NCBI RefSeq assembly: GCF_006345805.1
Contig: NC_043000.1
Span: 136,710,001 to 136,774,000, forward strand
Direction of reading: 5' to 3'
Origin: Octopus sinensis
Taxonomy: Eukaryota
Length of the DNA: 64,000 nucleotides
Each line of letters begins with the position of its first letter. Positions within the stretch are counted from its first letter, which is position 1. The notes beneath the pieces were generated by a model. The model had not been told where the DNA came from and did no database searches. It saw only the letters and a list, made by a program, of their open reading frames with translations. This document shows positions 39,988 through 52,062 of the stretch, one piece after another. Position numbers and translations under genes: made by a program.

Positions 39988-40694
39988 GTAATAATTGATA
40001 CAAGAAAGAAAAGAAAAAGAAAAAGAAAAAGACACTTGACAATATTCCTAAATGCCATGAGATGAGCACAGCTCTTCTGATGTCAAACTTTGTCAAAGAA
40101 TAAATATGCATACATCTAGATGAGAGGGATGAGAAAGAAAAACATGGGTTAAAGCCTGGTGTTAGTTTAATAGACTAAGAAATACACCCAACATATTTCC
40201 AACCATTATCATCCTGCCTTATCTGAATTTGTGTGGCCTAGCTATCAAAGTTTTGATCTTAAAGACTGTCGTATCATATAAATTACCATATCATTAATAA
40301 TTATCTCCTAGCCACATTCAGTTTTACTTATTAGATCATTGATACTACATGTCATTAGTATTTATAACATTCTATTCTGTTATCCATATGAATACCGTAA
40401 TCTGTATCGCATACATTGATCTATGTGTGTCATTACTTTTGTTTTTGTAGATTGATTAGAAGTTAATTTCTGCAACTGTTACCATATAATTACAATATAA
40501 ATAATAAATGATATTAGAAGAGATAGTGTTCTTTGTATTGTATTCTTTATATTTTGTTTTCTAATACAAAAAAAAAAATATCTGTTGTTGGTTGTATTGT
40601 TCATATAATCGTGGCTTTTTGTATTTGTTTTTATTGGGATTCTAATGATTAATGCAATCAGAAATTTCAGTGTCATAAATGTTAACATTCTTAC

Positions 40695-40757
40695 GGACAA
40701 GTGAACTGTGTCATCATCAATGGCACATGTCATGTCCCAGTAAAGATAATTAAAAAG
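40695..40757 (-). CDS. Candidate 63-nt exon LFNYLYWDMTCAIDDDTVHLS, unknown gene
   Basis: Minus-strand acceptor ttcttgttaaaacag and donor GTCC|gtaaga; symmetrical; only phase 0 is open. Confidence 0.3.
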
Positions 40758-40959
40758 CTGTTTTAACAAGAATATCACTTAGCACTAGGTTAACATTTAA
40801 TTATCATCGTGTTTCTCATTTGTTTTCATTACAATGTGTTGTTTCTCACTCCTGACAATATCACTGCAAGATTTGTCTCATATTGATCCTGGTGCTTTCT
40901 GGATATTTGCAGAGAATACGCTGAATTAATATTTTCTCACGACCTTTAAAGCAGTGACC

Positions 40960-41160
40960 TGGCTGAATCATTAGCAAGCCAGGCAAAAATGCTTAGCAGC
41001 AATTCAACTGTCTTTATGTTCTGAGTTCAAATTCCACCAAGGTAGATTTTGCTTTTCATCTTTTCAGGGTCGATAAAATAAGTAGCAGTTGAGCACTGAA
41101 GTCGATGTAATTGAATTACTTCTCCCCCAAAATTGCTGGCCTTGAGCCAAAATTTGAAAT
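40960..41160 (+). mobile_element. SINE family C copy (diverged)
   Basis: gttctgagttcaaattccaccaaggtagattttgcttttcatcttttcagggtcgat. Confidence 0.75.
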
Positions 41161-41503
41161 CGATATTTCTCATGGTCTTTTCTAAATGTATAAAGTTTAA
41201 TGTAAAAAATCAAGGTAATAAGTATTTGTAAATTAAACAGATATTATTATAACAATGGTGAACTGTCATAAGTATAGATTATGTATATATGTATGTATCT
41301 CTATATATATATATATGTGGTGTGTGTGTGCATGTGTACACACACATACACACACACACATAATTGAGATTCAGTTGAATTAGGTACTTAAGTTGAAGTA
41401 CCATGTCAGTTCGGTATCATCCATACAGCTTGAAGTAAGGTGAATAATAATTGAAAAAAATCATATAAAGTGTCCTACTGGTTAAAATTCTATTTATTTG
41501 TTT

Positions 41504-41591
41504 ATGCACCTGAAGATGGCACTGCATTTGAATTGATGTAATGGTTGCATTGTTCAATTAACTGGAGCCACTTGAAACGGTCATACTGCAT
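41504..41591 (+). ncRNA. Possible degenerate hammerhead with long helix II
   Basis: CUGAAGA-UGGC...GCCA-cuu-GAAACG-GUC; internal aattga/tcaatt stem; 3 extra nt before GAAA. Confidence 0.3.
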
Positions 41592-42091
41592 CACTACTTG
41601 ATATTCTGTTACTTATTTTGATTATATATAAATATATCTTATATAAAATACACCTGTGTGTGTGTGTGCAGATGTGTATCCACTTTCCACATGAAAACAG
41701 TTGCAGGAATTGCTTCCATATAAGGGATGCATGAATAATTTGACCTCAGATACATAATAGACTCATCAGTATACTTTTTTATCAAAAATAAATAATATTG
41801 CTTTATATATAAGATTCGCTTCTTTATAAAAAGGTTTCTCAAAGTTAACTTCCAGTATTGATGAAGCAACAGTGAAGTTTTCCGTTTTCTTTTGCAAACC
41901 TCTCACTCTCTATTTTAATGTTTTCATTTCAAGTTTTAATTCACTATTTGCAAACAACCACGATAAAATAATGAAAGAAATATTTACGAAGTTCACAAAT
42001 TTCGCTTGAACATAATGCCAAAGGTCTCAGTCATTGCCTCTGTGAGGCCCAATGCTTGAAAGGAACACAGCCACTTATATATATTTTATTT

Positions 42092-42310
42092 CTTTTATTT
42101 CTTTTATTTGACTGCGGCCATGCTGGAGCACTGCTTTTAGTCGAACAAATTGACTTATTCTTTGTAAGCCCAGTACTCATTCCATCGGTCTCCTTTGCTG
42201 AACCACCAAGTTACGGGGATGTAAACACACTAGCATCGGTTGTCAAGCGATATTGGGGGGACAAACACAGACACACAAACATACACACACACACACACAC
42301 ACGCACACAT

Positions 42311-42352
<42 letters not shown>

Positions 42353-42515
42353 GATAGGCTTCTTTCAGTTTCTGTCTACCAAATCCATTCACAAGGCGTT
42401 GGTCGGCCCAAGGCTATAGTAGAAGATACTTGACCAAGTTGCCACGCAGTCGGACTGAACCCAGAACCATGTGGTTGGTAAGCAAGCTATTTACCACACA
42501 GCCACTCCTACGCCT
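42092..42515 (-). mobile_element. SINE family A copy
   Basis: Reverse-complement match to family A. Confidence 0.85.
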
Positions 42516-42523
42516 ATATATAT

Positions 42524-42684
42524 ATGTAGAAATATAATTAAGGGCTCCTAAATAAGGATGCCAAGTGCTAGGGACACAAAAAAGGGTAAATGTTTCTGAT
42601 TTTCACTCTCGATAAATTTATCCCTTTTTTGTGTCCCTAGCACTTGGCATCCTTATTTAGGAGCCCTTAATTATATTTCTACAT
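42524..42684. repeat. Perfect 63-bp-arm hairpin / fold-back (MITE-like)
   Basis: 42524-42586 is the exact reverse complement of 42622-42684; 35-nt spacer. Confidence 0.9.
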
Positions 42685-43069
42685 GAATAATATTTTTCTA
42701 TATGAATAATATTTTGTCTAATGACTAATTCGTCTTTTGTGCTGGGCCACTGGTAGTAATCTATATTATTACCCTTTTGATTATATTCATATATATATAT
42801 ATGTATATATATATGCATACATACATATATATACTTATATAGGTGTGAGTGCATGTGTGCATCTGTGTCTTGATGTGTGTGTGTAAATGTGACTTTGTGT
42901 GAGTGTGTTTATATTTTAGCTCACCACCATCTGTACTTATTGACTGTAAACAACTAGCAGGAAGTCGTATATTTTACTTGTAGTCAGCCACAAAAACATT
43001 TTCTGGATTCCTTGACATGTCTAGACACACTGTGTGATCTTTGTAAAAATCAACTCATTCAAATGATAC

Positions 43070-43196
43070 AGTTCTATATTCAAGAGATGAGGAATTATAT
43101 ACATTATTTACATCATTTACATTATTTACATTTTACAGTTATTTGTCCTCATCTTGTTTGCAGCTAACATGCCCTCCAGCTTTCATCAGGTGTCTT
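43070..43196 (-). mobile_element. PLE-type terminal fragment with partly deleted HHR
   Basis: Minus strand ACAC-CUGAUGA-A-AGCUG...UAGCUG followed by a deletion, then caaacaagatgaggacaaat. Confidence 0.6.
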
Positions 43197-43269
43197 GAGC
43201 ATATGGCGTAGTGGTTAAGAGCACGGGCTACTAACCCCAAGATTCAGAGTTGATTCTAGGCAGTGACTA

Positions 43270-43635
43270 ATAATCATCATCATCATTTAGCGTCCGTTTC
43301 CATGCTAGCATGGTTGGACGGTTCTATGGGGTCTGTGAAGCCAGAAGCTTCATCAGGCCCAGTCAAATCTGGCAGTGTTTCTACGGCTGGATGCCCTTCC
43401 TAAGCCAACCACTCCGTGAGTGTAGTGGGTGCTTTTTACGTGCCACCCACAACTGGTGCCAGACAGAGCTGGCAAACGGCCACGACGGATGGTGCTTTTA
43501 TGTGCACCGGCACAGGGCCAGGCGAGGCTGGCAACGGACACGAACGGGGCGGTGCTGGCAGGTCGCGAAACGGAAATTCTCTCATGCCACGGCACTGGTA
43601 ACACATCTGCAATTTCCATTGATCGATTTCCATTG
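43270..43635 (-). mobile_element. SINE family B copy, preceded by a tRNA-like SINE head at 43196-43266
   Basis: catcatttagcgtccgtttccatgctagcatgg...ggatgcccttcctaagccaacc. Confidence 0.8.
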
Positions 43636-43657
43636 ATCGATCGATTTCCATTGAATA

Positions 43658-43736
<79 letters not shown>

Positions 43737-43815
43737 AATAATAAGAACAACAACAACAACAACAACATCGAAAAATACTTTAGGAATGAGAACCCAGATT
43801 TGAAATTTAACGAAG

Positions 43816-43859
43816 ACACCTGATGAAGGCTGGAGGGTATATCAGCTGAAATTTTGTGT
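43816..43859 (+). ncRNA. Minimal type I hammerhead ribozyme motif in a PLE-type fragment (43762-43915)
   Basis: ACAC-CUGAUGA-A-GGCUG(gagggtatat)CAGCU-GAAA-UUUU-GUGU: intact CUGAUGA and GAAA, 4-bp helix I, 5-bp helix II. Confidence 0.65.
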
Positions 43860-44473
43860 TAACAACAAAGATGAGGACAAATATCTATCAAATGTAAATA
43901 ATGCAAATAATGTTAATAATGTTTATTCAATGATGTTGTTTAATTCTACTTCACAGTGTAACTGTGTCCAGGTCATTCATTGTTTGATAGATTAAGGGAC
44001 TATCACCTTGCTTGGAAACAAGTGAAGACTGGTAACAAGAATAACATCCAGCCATAGAAAATCTACCCCCAATGAATTCCACTTGACCTAAGGATGGAGA
44101 AAGGAACATTAAAATGACAATGATGATGTTGATGATGTTGATGATAAGTCTAATGCTGGATCAATTCCGACTTAAGTCCAGTTGCGAAAGGAGGAAGTAT
44201 AGGTAATACAAGCTACCCACATCCCTTATACGTTTTATTGACAATGGATTAATAAAAGTCTAAGTTGAGCTTGGCAGGATTTTTAATTCAGAATTATCAG
44301 GAACAGAAAACAGATAGCAGGCATTATCTGCTTTGGATCTCAGCTATCATCTCTTAACAGGCTGAAAAGATAGTAATAATCAATCGTATCTATCAATGAG
44401 ATATTAGCAGTATTGGCAGAGGAAAGCTTTGCCATTTGGTTTTGGAAACATTATTCGTGATGCATTTATTATT

Positions 44474-44517
<44 letters not shown>

Positions 44518-44521
44518 TATT

Positions 44522-44897
44522 ATTACCTCTGCCTTAGCGAAGGTGGAGGTATTGTTTTCAGTTGTGTTTGTTTGTTTGTTTGTTTGTTTCTCTATGGACA
44601 AGATATCTCAAGATCTGCATGATGGATTCAGAAGAAACTTTCAGGGCTGTCTGACCTCATGGCTGGCACAAACTGATTAGATTTTGGGATCGATCCAGTA
44701 CAGCACAAAGATTCTGTATTATTTTTCCTATTTTTTTACTTAACTTTTACAAGCGGTCATGTTCATTTTTAGTATTCTTATCTTTGAGAGGAGCCGAGTT
44801 TATTTCAGATATTCTCATTTTAAAAATCACCTTAGGCTAAGTGTTGAAAGGTTGTTGGTGTTGCCTTGGTGGAGGTTTGTGCTCTCTGAGTGCTCTT
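44522..44897 (+). mobile_element. Helentron-associated non-autonomous element (HINE)
   Basis: 5' acctctgcctt-agcg-aaggtggaggt hairpin, (GTTT)n microsatellite, 3' ccttggtggaggt followed by gctctctgagtgc. Confidence 0.75.
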
Positions 44898-45249
44898 ATT
44901 ATTATTATTATTTTCATTAGCATCTTCCTTCAATTCTGTTTCCATTTCTTGCCGGGTGTCTTCCTGACACCTAGGGCAGAGAAACGCACTGTATATATTG
45001 GTAGGCCACTAAAATAAACACACCAAATTGTCCATTTACAAAGTCATGTGGTAGAGAAAACGGAGAAGAAAGACAGAGAGAAAAAATAAAAAATATAAAA
45101 GTAAACAAAGAAAATAAAGGGGAAAAGGGGAAAGAAAATTCACTGACAATGCTCTTCTCAGTACATGCAAATTACCGGTTAGGAAAATCCTTTGCGCTTC
45201 CTATGTGGATGGTAGGACAGGGATCATTCTTAAATAATATTCAGTTTCT

Positions 45250-45586
45250 TTTTTGATCATTCCAAGTGCTCCCACAATCACTGGTATTGTAATCATCTTG
45301 AGATGTCACATCTTTTCAATTTTGATAAGTAAATCTTTATATTTTCTGAGTTTATCAAATTCTTTTGCTGATATATTATGGTCACAGGATATGCTCATTT
45401 CAATCAATAAACAGACTTTATTGTTTTGATCTTTCACAACAATATCTGGTTTGTTTGGTACTGTTTTCACCTTCTTCATTTTCCACAGCTATTTCGTACT
45501 TAAGAGGGTTGTATCTCTCTATATTTTCATCTTCCTTCTTGACTATTCGTGGGTCAAAGGGGCATACAACATCAACTATATAGCAT
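45250..45586 (-). mobile_element. R4/Dong-like restriction-like-endonuclease fragments (two joined pieces)
   Basis: CYIVDVVCPFDPRIVKKEDENIERYNPLKYEIA then NKPDIVVKDQNNKVCLLIEMS...KLRKYKDL...IPVIVGALG. Confidence 0.8.
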
Positions 45587-46789
45587 ACTAGCATTATGAC
45601 CCATCATTGCTGGGTCATAGTGCTAGTGCATGTATATATGTGTATATATATGTGTACATATTACATGTACATCTACATATATACATCTACACATAAAATA
45701 CAAAATACAAAGTTATATCTTGATATCGCTAGTGATAACAATACTCAAAATATATAACAGACTGGAATTGTAAGCCCGTCTCTTGCAATTTCGATCAATT
45801 GTATCTTGTCCTCCCTCTGGTATAGAAGTGTGGCTACAATCCAGCCTACCTCTACTTCTGGGGGGGAGGGGCATTTTAAATTTTTATCTGGGACGTCCTA
45901 CATCCCAGATATAGAGGTAAAAATAAAATATTTCCACTTTACAAGTTCGAGTCGAGTACTCCCTTGCATGCTCCGTTGACTCAAACCTTGCTTCTATTGT
46001 GGCGAATTTATCACCCCTGGTTAGATATCTTTCATAGTCGCACCAAGACACTTTTCGATGGCGCTTTCCTTCAGGTGTTCAAATCTTTTTTCTCTACGTT
46101 GTATACTTTATAGACAAGTCTTTTCTTTAATTTAATTTTTTATTATCCATCTGGACTATTCCATTTCTGCACGCTAATTTTATTTTTAATATATTCCCAT
46201 TCATGTGAAAGCACTTATTCAAGTTCAAGTCATTGATGCAATTTTATACCAATTGCTATTTTTACTTTTGTTATGTTACGATTATATTATACTTTAGTTT
46301 GATTTTAATTATTACTTACTTAATTATTACTTAATTATAATTCAATTGTTATTATTATTTTTTTGTTAAAGTGAAAGCATCTGACATAAAATAGTGAAAT
46401 GTTTTTGTTTCACTTTTAACACGTAATACTGAAATAGTGGAGAAGATTTGATATTGCTATGGGCTCACTCTAGGCAAGAAGTTGAACATTTTTCCCCCAT
46501 GAAACTACATGAACCCTAAGTATGGCATGTGTAAAATTTGAATGAAATTGGTTGTGTAGTTCTCAAGTTTTAGGGAATCGTAGCGGAGAAGATACGATAT
46601 TGCTGTGGGCTCGCCCTAGGCAAAAAGTTCAAAATTGTTTTTGCCGATGACTCTTCCCAGACCCTAAGTAAGGCATGTGTAAAATACGAATGAAATTGGT
46701 TGTGTAGTTCTCAAGTTTTAGGGAATCGTAGTGGAGAAGATATGATATGACAGACAGACACACATTCTCAGTTTTATATATAGAGAGAT
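45587..46789 (+). mobile_element. HINE-like insertion(s): 41-bp hairpin at 45587-45627 plus element 45761-46789 with about 150-bp tandem repeats
   Basis: actagcattatgaccc...gggtcatagtgctagt hairpin; tandem units gaatgaaattggttgtgtagttctcaagttttagggaatcgtag; 3' acacacattctcagttttatatatagagagat. Confidence 0.6.
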
Positions 46790-47170
46790 GTGATGCACCT
46801 TGTCCTCATCACTAGGTCTAGTCTGTTATGCTTTAGAACCTGGTCTGTTTGGATTGAGAAATCTCAGAGGATTTTGCTAGTCTCCAACTCTGCCACTCTC
46901 TACAGTTTGTGCTCATTCCACAACTTGCCTCTCTCTAGCCCCCACTTTTCACACAGTTCCCAATGGGGTATTTCACTACCTTGTTGTGCTGTCACAATTT
47001 GTAGTGGTTTTAGGCAAGTCTAGGCTATTTGTTCATGATATGGGCTATGGTTTCATCCACTCTATTGCAGGTGCAGCACAGTGGAGACACTTGCTCATTC
47101 TTCAAGTTGACCCTGCAGTTCATGGCCCGGGCATGGTCCTGTGCTGCCAGTATAGTGCTCAATCTCTTTT
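46790..47170 (-). mobile_element. R4/Dong-like CCHC zinc finger and RLE N-terminal part
   Basis: SPLCCTCNRVDETIAHIMNK*PRLA*NHYK...HWELC and KIL*DFSIQTDQVLKHNRLDLV. Confidence 0.8.
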
Positions 47171-47249
47171 TTAGAGTTCATTTCATCAGCCAATTCCACC
47201 TATTTTTTCCAGCAACTTCTGTTATTATTATTTTTATTATCATCATTAT

Positions 47250-47765
47250 TGAGTGAGAGAGCAGTTCATGCCATCAAAGTGAGACTGGGGTAAAATATAT
47301 GAAGCTCAGTATATCCATCATGACTACTCATCTGACAAGGGCACACCAAGCACATATATCACAACGATATGTGAGCAAAATGGTGACATCATATCAAGAT
47401 AAACAGTGCATGACCTTGCAGGTGGGGCCCAGTTAGAATTTTCTTCAGATTGAGTAACCCATCCCGCTCAAAAGGTTCCTGAATAAAGGTTGCTTAAGGA
47501 TGTTGAATGAAACACCCATGTTTCCAGAGGTGAATTATTCAAACCCCCAAATATTCCTCCCAGCACATGGTTATGATGCTCCTCAACTAATTCTGCTCAT
47601 GATCAGAGATGCACATATCATCAGCCACCAAGGGACAAGCTCAACTGGTTAAGGTCAAACAACTGACAAACAAATCTTTGGTGTTAAGCAGAATATTTGT
47701 TGTAGCCCACCTTTTATACCAAGATAAAATAATGTACATAATACTTCCAATCAGTTAAGATCAGA
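47250..47765. repeat. Unclassified interspersed repeat between (TAA)-like tracts
   Basis: GC-richer block flanked by (ATT)n-like runs; no ORF. Confidence 0.35.
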
Positions 47766-47804
47766 AACCAGGTAAGCCAGTGCTTGGTACTGCATCAGGG
47801 CATT

Positions 47805-48100
47805 TATTATTATTATTATTGTTGTTGTTGTTGTTGTTGTTTTACTTCTCAGAGTACTTGATCTTGTTTGCTCTGATAGATTCTGTAAGAGAAGACAGCA
47901 GCATGCTGTCAAAGCTGTCACAGGGTCTCTTTCCACACCTTATAAGCTCTGATACCTGGTTGTTTATTATTGTTGGAGACATTCAACATCCAAGTACCGA
48001 TCACAAAATCCTAGCTGTCCCCAGCAGTGCAGTCTTTCGAGCTTGTTCTACTCTCATGTCAATTCCAATTTCTCTGACATATTTCTCAAACTTGTATTAA
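47805..48100 (-). mobile_element. R4/Dong-like 3' end with (AAC)(AAT)n tail
   Basis: KFEKYVREIGIDMRVEQARKTALLGTARIL then a short 3'UTR and aacaacaataataat. Confidence 0.8.
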
Positions 48101-48612
48101 ATAATATAAGTTTACTAAAATAATATTGGTTTACTACTAATATTATTTGCAGGTAGTGAGCTGGTAGAGTCAATAGAACACAGATTAGATCGACCCCAGT
48201 ATGCAACTGGTACTTATTTCATTTGACATTTTACATTCTGAGTTCACATCCCACCAACTTTGCACTCTTTTCTTTAGGAGCCAATAAAATAAATGACCAT
48301 TCTCAACACTTGGATGGATGATATTGATTGGCCCAACCTCCCTTCATAATTACTGACTTCATGTTTATATTAGAAACCATTACATTTTTACTGCTGTTGT
48401 TGTTGTTGTTATTTTATGATGGTACACGATTGTAATAGAAGGGTCCTTGTTATTGCATTCTTCTTCTTTGGCCAGTTATAATGGATTTCCAGAATCCTTA
48501 CAATGTTGGACAAAAGTAACCTGCTGTGTTTGTTCTGTTTCTTCTTCCAAAGTTGATAAGACATCTACAAATCAAGTATTGGTGTTCATTTAATTGACTT
48601 ATATGCTACAAG

Positions 48613-48678
48613 GCAATGCAATAGTGCAGCAAGCTGTGACAACACATGGTTTGAGAGGACTCTTTAGGTTTGCTGAAG
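48613..48678 (+). other. Candidate 66-nt exon (NAIVQQAVTTHGLRGLFRFAE)
   Basis: Donor GAAG|gtaata; acceptor is a weak aag; phase-compatible with 39858-39987. Confidence 0.15.
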
Positions 48679-48779
48679 GTAATAGTGCCACAAAAATATG
48701 CTCACAATAGCATGAACATAAAAATTTACAAACTTTTCAATCACTAAAGGTAAACTATTAATGCCTAACCCCGTTCTAC

Positions 48780-49030
48780 TAACAGAAAGAAACAGTGATA
48801 CAAGCTAGATGCTGGTTGCTGGTAAGGGGGTTGAATGAAAGCATAGCATGAGTAGCATGATGTGGAAAAAAAACAAGAATGGGGAAGGGGTAATTGACAT
48901 GAGAGGGGGTGATGTGTATTAATAGTGAGTGACTGATGATGAATAATATGACAGACATAAAAAGAGAGTCATGAATAATAATGAAGATGGGTGATAAAGG
49001 TAAGTGAGTAATGGATGTCAATAATTAGAA
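48780..49030 (-). mobile_element. Degenerate PLE linker fragment
   Basis: PLLTYLYHPSSL...YTSPPLMS resembles the PLVLTYHP...SPPLMS region of Penelope-like ORFs. Confidence 0.45.
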
Positions 49031-49319
49031 GTCTTGGACAGAGAGTGTGAAGATTTTCAGTTTAGTTGTTTCCTCTTTCCAGTGCAGCTCCTTTGCCTTT
49101 GTAACAGTTTACAATATTGCTAGTCACTTGATATATTTTAACTGATTGACTATTTCAATATTTAATTGACCAAGCTATATTCTACTTCACCAAATATTTT
49201 AAGCATTTTAGCAACTATTTCTGATAGATCAGCTGTTTCTCTTGTCTTCATATCTTTAATTGTCCTAGCTACCATACTGCTGTGGACTTGCTTGTCTTTT
49301 CTACTCTCAATACAAGGCC

Positions 49320-49560
49320 TGAAATTTTGGGGGAGGGGGCCAGTCGATTAGATCGACCCCAGTACGCAACTGGTACATAATTTATTGATCCCAAAAGGAT
49401 CAAATGCAAAGTTGATCTCAGTGGAATTTGAACTCATAACGTAAAGACAGACGAAATACCACTAAGCATTTCACCTGGCATGTCAACACTTCTTATTTCC
49501 TTATTGCCCACAAGGGGCTAAACATAGAGGAACAAACAAGGACAGACAAGGATTATGTCG
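49320..49560 (-). mobile_element. SINE family C copy
   Basis: gatcgaccccagtacgcaactggtac...gaatttgaactc. Confidence 0.8.
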
Positions 49561-49679
49561 AATATCTGCACATATACCTTTCTATTACCATATATATTCC
49601 TTATTGTTTCTCTCTCTTCTAAAAACAAAACACCGTTATGTTTTAAAACTATGATATGTATATGTATATTTATATATAT

Positions 49680-50035
49680 AGAATCGAATCGAATCAAATC
49701 AAATCAAATCGAACCAAATCAAAATAGATGAACATCAATGGAATTTGTATCCTTGTGGTACCAGTGCCGGTGGCACATAAGAAAACCATCCGAACGTGAC
49801 CGTAGCCAGTACTGCGACGACTGGCCTCCGTGCTGAGGGCATGTAACAAACACCATCCGAGCGAGGCCGTCAGCCAGCCTCGTCTGGCACCTGTGTCGGT
49901 GGCACATAAAAAACACATCCGAGCGCGCGCCGTCTGCCAGCCTCATCTGGCACCTTGTGCGGGTCGGTAGCACATAAAATCACCCACTATACTCTCGGAG
50001 TGGTTGGCGTTAAACGATAATGGTGATGATGATGA
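49680..50035 (+). mobile_element. SINE family B copy (internally deleted)
   Basis: (GAATC/AAATC)n start, modular gtggcacataaaa repeats, ggagtggttggcgttaaacgat tail. Confidence 0.75.
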
Positions 50036-51804
50036 TATATATATTCATATAAGATATACTAGCTGGAAACTCTTCATAACAGTTTACCATTATCCCACTT
50101 TATATAAAAATCAAATATGATCAAAGTCACAAAATAAATTAAAGTAGCCATCTTTCACAAATAGCTAGTTAAATGCACATAACATTTTAAATGTTTTCAG
50201 AATTGGTAAGACGAAGTAAGATTTTAATCTAACTTTCATTAAATACCATTTTAAAGTGATTTTGTCATAACAGTTTTCTTAGCAATTTTATCCATTACTT
50301 CCAGCATCTGGATTTTCTCAATATTCACATGAAATACTTAAAATAGTTGATGTTCTGAAGTAATAATTCATCTAAATACTAGCTACGCTCAACATTGCTT
50401 TCCTTCATTGATAAAATAGGAACTAGGTTTTGCATGTGACACAGTAATAAAATAAATGCTAAAATCGATTTATTACCATAATTTTAAATCGTATTATTTT
50501 ACATATTGTATAATGACAACCTGACTATAGATTTCATATTAATTTCTCTTAATGTCACACATGAGAGTTTCCAATCTAGAAAGAACAAGAAAAATTCACC
50601 AGAATTACTTCTATTCCATTCCAATTGAACCCAAGTAGAAAATGTAGTCTCTTTGAATATCTCAAGTTAGTTACCACTGTCATTTTATTTTAGTTTCTTG
50701 TCAGTGAAATTTATCCCCAAATCTAATGACATATGAGACATGTTTATGGCCCATCAGTGCCATGGAGAAGGAGCAACTTATAAAAGATATGTTGTCTTCT
50801 AAGATAGATTGACAGCAATACAATAAGTTTCAACTAGACTTCCTGCAATAAAGGACAAATGTTTCACAATAAAACTCAACAAGAGATATGTTTAATAGCT
50901 AATTCTGAATGCAACTCTTGTTTCAAGATGTAACAATAGTTATTCACTTCTTTATTAATCTATAGTGAGTTGCATTATTTACAGTCAGTACTTCTGACAA
51001 ATATAATGCACGATATCTAGACGTTTGCTTTCAAGAGAATATCATTTATTTGCAACTAATTCTTAATTCTTTATAATCATTTTCTAACATGTAACAGGAA
51101 ACTTATTCAATATTCTAAAAGTCTCAAAGAAGTCATTTTCCACTTGAATCCTGTTTGGTAATAAGATTAACAACCCTATCAGTAACAAGCTTTTATGAAA
51201 CAATAACACACTTTCTTCACATGTAATTTTGCATTCTTTAAGCTAATCGTTAATAAACCATTCTTACTAAACAGTTACATTTTAACAAATAATCAAATAA
51301 ATTTCTACTAAATTCATGCTGCAATAGGATGACAAAACTGATAAATTATTTATTTATTCCACTTTCAAGAAGCAATACAGCAAAATATGTAACACATTTA
51401 TTTTTCGTGCGTCTGACTTTAATACATGAATAGTCTAATTGATACCATGGAAGAATATTTCCAATATAAATAAAGATATAAATCAACAGTAAACACTCAA
51501 TCACAGACTTTGCTTATTAAGCACTTATTTTCAAAACTTTGCTAATCATTTAGACAACTTGTATATATTTTCCAAGAATGCAAGTATGGGTTTATAGAAT
51601 TCAGATCAAATTGAAGATTCAAATAATTTATTATTTTTATCTATTGCTGATAAAAGTCTTTCTTTATTTTTACAAATTTATTAAGCATATATTAGGAGAG
51701 TTATTTCTGTTAGGCGTCAATTTATCTGAAATTAACTATAAATTCTAATGTGTCATAAAAGACTGTCTCAAATGACAATCCAATATAAAATCACTCTAAT
51801 TACA

Positions 51805-51838
51805 CATCATCATCACACCACCACCACCACCACCATCA

Positions 51839-51887
<49 letters not shown>

Positions 51888-51904
51888 CATCATCATCAGC
51901 ATCA

Positions 51905-51960
<56 letters not shown>

Positions 51961-52025
51961 TCATCATATTCATCAGCATCATCATCATCATCTATCATCA
52001 TCATCATCATCATCATCTCATCAAA

Positions 52026-52062
<37 letters not shown>

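Noticed and set aside
39996-39998. Selenocysteine reading of the in-frame TGA
   Set aside because: No SECIS-like element or selenoprotein motif seen; an upstream splice donor explains the stop more simply.
30622-40757. Hand-joined minus-strand peptide ...DDDTVHLS-PFDERT... resembling a known protein
   Set aside because: The join was selected post hoc from many options and the similarity covers only a few residues; no gene symbol is justified.
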